From Macrostomum lignano (taxonomy: Eukaryota), in assembly GCA_002269645.1 (NCBI GenBank), contig NIVC01001340.1, forward strand, positions 186,001 through 250,000: 64,000 nt of DNA, in the 5' to 3' direction. This document shows, piece by piece, positions 60,421-64,000 of the stretch. The notes beneath the pieces were generated by a model. It saw only the letters and a program-made list of their open reading frames with translations. It made no database searches and had not been told where the DNA came from. Each line of letters opens with the position of its first letter. Position 1 is the first letter of the stretch. The position numbers were made by a program, and so were the translations under genes.

Positions 60421-61692
60421 TGTAACATCTGTGTATCAAATTTAAAAGTAAACAATTTCGTATTTACTTTATGTCTGCTGTACTGTATATAGTATTTCTC
60501 TTTTATTGTACTTTCTACTGTATGTAATTGTTATTTTGCATATATACTTTTATAGTGTAACTTTATTTGTTTTAATGACCAATATTAATTAAATAAATAT
60601 AATAATCAATCATTGTTCGTAAGAGTTCGCCGCTCTGATTTGGCACTTTCGGCTGAGAATTCAAAACAGGCTCCTCGGTATTCATTTCGTTACAATGGCG
60701 ACCACACCAGAACTCGAATTCCAGGAAGGACTCCGCTGGATCTACTGATCGACTGCAAATGTATTATTACAGTTAAGTTACAGCCAATCAGCAGAGCGCG
60801 CACAGCTATAGGCTATAGCCGACATCAGCTTGGCCAATCAAATCGCAGGTGCAGATAATTTTGCTGTTCTACAGTCCAGGAGCTGCATCTTCCCATTTCA
60901 ATGCTGTGTTGAATGACTTTTATGTAATTGCACATCATTTGTACCTACTGTAATTCTTCATATGTACTTTATACTGTATTTTGGCAATTGCCATGATGTA
61001 CTTTACTTTTCAAATAATTATTTCAATGTTGTACTGTATTTTCTTGCTTGTTGTAAAGGTCACCCAATGGCAGTGCATCACAAAAAAGTGTACAAGTAAT
61101 TCCTTTCGCTTTAAGTGTTTTTGCTTGATTCATGCTGTGCTCTGCGCTGGTTGTGGTGGGGAGAACCCGGGGCTCTGCTAACCCTGTTGGGTTCTGGTTT
61201 TTGTGTTGGTTAACTGGCTTCTCTTTTGGTCCAGTAGACCATTTTTTTAAAATGTGTTCTGTCACCTCATTGCGAATATCTAGTTGGGAATGCGAGTTCA
61301 ATATTTTTCCTTAAAATTTAGCATGTACTGTATATTTAATAGTTATTTTCTTTACTTTTATATTCTACTCTTTTGTACTTTTATTGACAATGTGGACATT
61401 GTCCTTTCCAAGAGGAGGATAATGTAACATGTGTATCAAATTTAAAAGTAAACAATTTCGTATTTACTTTATGTCTGCTGTACTGTATATAGTATTTCTC
61501 TTTTATTGTACTTTCTACTGTATGTAATTGTTATTTTGCATATATACTTTATAGTGTAACTTTATTTGTTTTAATGACCAATATTAATTAAATAAATATA
61601 ATAATCAATCATTGTTCGTAAGAGTTCGCCGCTCTGATTTGGCACTTTCGGCTGAGAATTCAAAACAGGCTCCTCGGTATTCATTTGTTACA
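60421..61692 (+). mobile_element. Complete miniature non-autonomous LTR retrotransposon (TRIM-like, 1272 bp)
   Basis: LTRs at 60421-60694 and 61423-61692 (TGTAACA...GTTACA). PBS TGGCGACCAC at 60696, polypurine tract AAGAGGAGGATAA at 61410-61422, TSD CAAA at 60417-60420 and 61693-61696. Confidence 0.9.
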
Positions 61693-62658
61693 CAAATGCT
61701 GTTCAAATTATATAAATGAAAGTTGGTCTAAAATATACGACTTTTAACGTAACATTTGCTCAGTACTTACTGAGTCCTAGCATCAAATTTTATGAAGCCA
61801 GACAGTTAAAATATGCTGAGCCCGCTAATTTATATGCTTTGTGTGATAAATTCTGCGTATTTGCAGCATAAGTAAAGAATATGCAAAGTTTGTTTTAGTT
61901 ATTTAGTCGGCGACTATTCAAATGTTCAAAATGTAAGAAATACACTCATGTAATTATATTTAATAAATTACTTTCAAACGTACATTGGCTCGTCTTTACA
62001 GTATAAAAAACAACATTTAGTTATAAGTAGGATAATTTAAAAAATATGATTAGTATATTTTTAAGCGGAGGGTTTAAAGATTGTGATGAACAAAGCATAG
62101 TCTACATAGGATAGGCAATTAATCAATTATAGTATTGACACGTTTTATTGGCCTAGCTAGTCGTCTGAGTGTGGATGCTTTATATTTGTAATTTTTTTGA
62201 TTATATTTTTATTACTTACGAGTCACCACTACATCTTTTCATGGATTTATAAATGGTGAATTTTTATAACTTTTGTTATATTCATTCTTAGTCTTGAAAA
62301 AAAATGCTAGACCCCTATAATCTCTTATGTCTAGATCATTTTGATACTAGTGCCTATGATTTCTATTGAGCAAAAAACAAAAAGGAATCAAAAAATAATA
62401 ATGGTCTTGGTTCCAGTAATATTTTAGCCCATAGTCCTAAAGGTTACCTGTATGTTAGAAGTAGGAAATTCTAACATCTTTTTGCCTCTCACTGAGAATC
62501 TTGTTATATATTTGGGTCTTGGTCTTGGTATATAAAATTTTCAGGTCCAACTCTGGCATACAAAGTGGCCAATTCAATTTTAGGTTTTGTATATAATTGT
62601 CATATTCAAGATCATCATATGCAGGTTACAAAAAAAACAACTAAATTATCTGGCACAT

Positions 62659-63506
62659 GACTAAGACCGCCACACACCAAGACCACCACAGCTATTGCTG
62701 GCTTATTGAGGGGGAGCTACCAATCTTCTAGCATTGCTATTCCTCTTATAGGTTCTTTTCTCGCCAGACTCCGGATGGTATACATGTACGCCGAAATTTT
62801 CCGGCATACAGAGGGACCTAGAATCTAGATTACACATTGGCGTACAACTTGGTGTACAAAGGGGCCTGGCATGCCCTCTTGGCATACAGCTTGGCGTATA
62901 GAGATTGCCAAGACCAGCAGGTGGGACCAAAAGTTCCGAGTCCCAACAATCAATCTACATAATTAGTATACAAAAATGATTAAGTTTGCATTTGGCATAG
63001 TCTCTATGTACATAGTTACAATAGCTAAATTTCATCAAAAAGAATATATCGGGCCCTTTACAAAAAATGGAAAACTAAATTTAAAAAACCGGGTTTAAGT
63101 TTTCCAAGTAAGTAAAAGTAAAACAAAAATAGTTAAAATAAGCTAGTTCTCTACAGTTTAGTAAGAAGATTTTCAGTTTTAACACATAAGTTGTTTGTAT
63201 ATTAAAATTTTTCATGCTTTTAATATTAGTTGTAATTTGTAACTTTTATTTTGGCATATTTTTGTAGGCAATAGAAAGTTCGTTGGCGTACATTGGCGTG
63301 CATGAGCTACAAAAGCAATTTTCGTTCTGGTGTACAGTGGTACACGATCCTGACCCTGGTTTTCTCGTAGCCTTGTCCTGCTGGCTCTCCTACCCATTCA
63401 TCTCCTCTCTTCTAGCACCATCTAATAACACATTAGGCCCAAGTCAATTTTTTCCTTAGGCTTAGCTCTCCCAAGTGTGGCGGTCTTGGTGTGTGGCGGT
63501 CTTGGT
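62659..63506. mobile_element. Non-autonomous DNA transposon candidate with about 32-bp terminal inverted repeats
   Basis: GACTAAGACCGCCACACACCAAGACCACCACA matches the reverse complement of TGTGGCGGTCTTGGTGTGTGGCGGTCTTGGTC with 2 mismatches. No clear TSD. Confidence 0.6.
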
Positions 63507-63718
63507 CCTATACCAATTGTCTAAATCATCATTGTCTCTGCATTTAGACAATGCTGGATTCACTAAATCATCATATTATGTTTCACTGTCTGTGCAAAGA
63601 TCTTAGCTCTCATAGCGGCAACATTTCCTTGTTTGAAAACAATATGAAATATTAAATTACATTTATACTATCTGCTTAAAAGATATAAAGCCTTGGACTA
63701 ATTCCTATAAGTTAATAA

Positions 63719-64000
63719 TCTCTACATATAAAAATCAAAACTCTGTCTGTCTGTGTGTCTGTCTGTCTGTGGACAATTTCGTTTGCTATGGACTCCCAAA
63801 CCACTCAACCAAATGACACCAAACTTTACACCCGCCCTAAACTTACTACAGAGAATGTCTTAGGCTACCTTTAAATTTCCTAAAATTGAGTCTTCCCACC
63901 TAAAAGTTGGATTTTTTGCTCGAGTTGGGATTTTTTGTCAAAATGCACGATTTTTTCACTAAATCATCCATAGCGCCGCTCCACTTCTACCGATTCTCTT
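63719..64000 (+). mobile_element. Probable 5' end of a non-autonomous Helitron-like element (runs off window)
   Basis: Starts A|TCTCTACATATAAAA, followed by a (CTGT)n microsatellite and a ...CAAACCACTCAACCAAAT...AAACTT motif typical of invertebrate non-autonomous Helitrons. Confidence 0.55.

Overview
This window is eukaryotic (animal) genomic DNA. GC-rich exons are separated by introns and intergenic spacers packed with locus-specific minisatellites, a style that resembles the flatworm Macrostomum lignano (inference, not proven). Three spliced housekeeping genes lie in tandem on the minus strand: a CNK/CNKSR-like scaffold (SAM-CRIC-PDZ-PH, 46.2-58.1 kb, first exon not found), an MFSD12-like transporter (34.9-44.1 kb) and a complete 8-exon Coronin-7 (24.2-31.0 kb). 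The left 22 kb is an accessory region. It holds a 1312-codon intronless ORF of unknown function and a rearranged IAP cluster: three BIR-domain copies, only one of which retains a RING, and in that copy the RING is cut off by a 5-nt frameshift. Mobile DNA includes a complete 1.27-kb non-autonomous LTR element (TRIM-like, with LTRs, PBS, PPT and a 4-bp TSD) and a young 5'-truncated RNase H-bearing LINE with a 13-bp TSD inside a CNK intron. There are also degenerate RTE-like and Ingi/I-like LINE pieces, a Gypsy gag-protease fragment, several MITEs and a Helitron-like 5' end. Exon boundaries were read by eye from GT/AG sites and phase consistency, and homology calls come from recalled motif similarity, not database searches.
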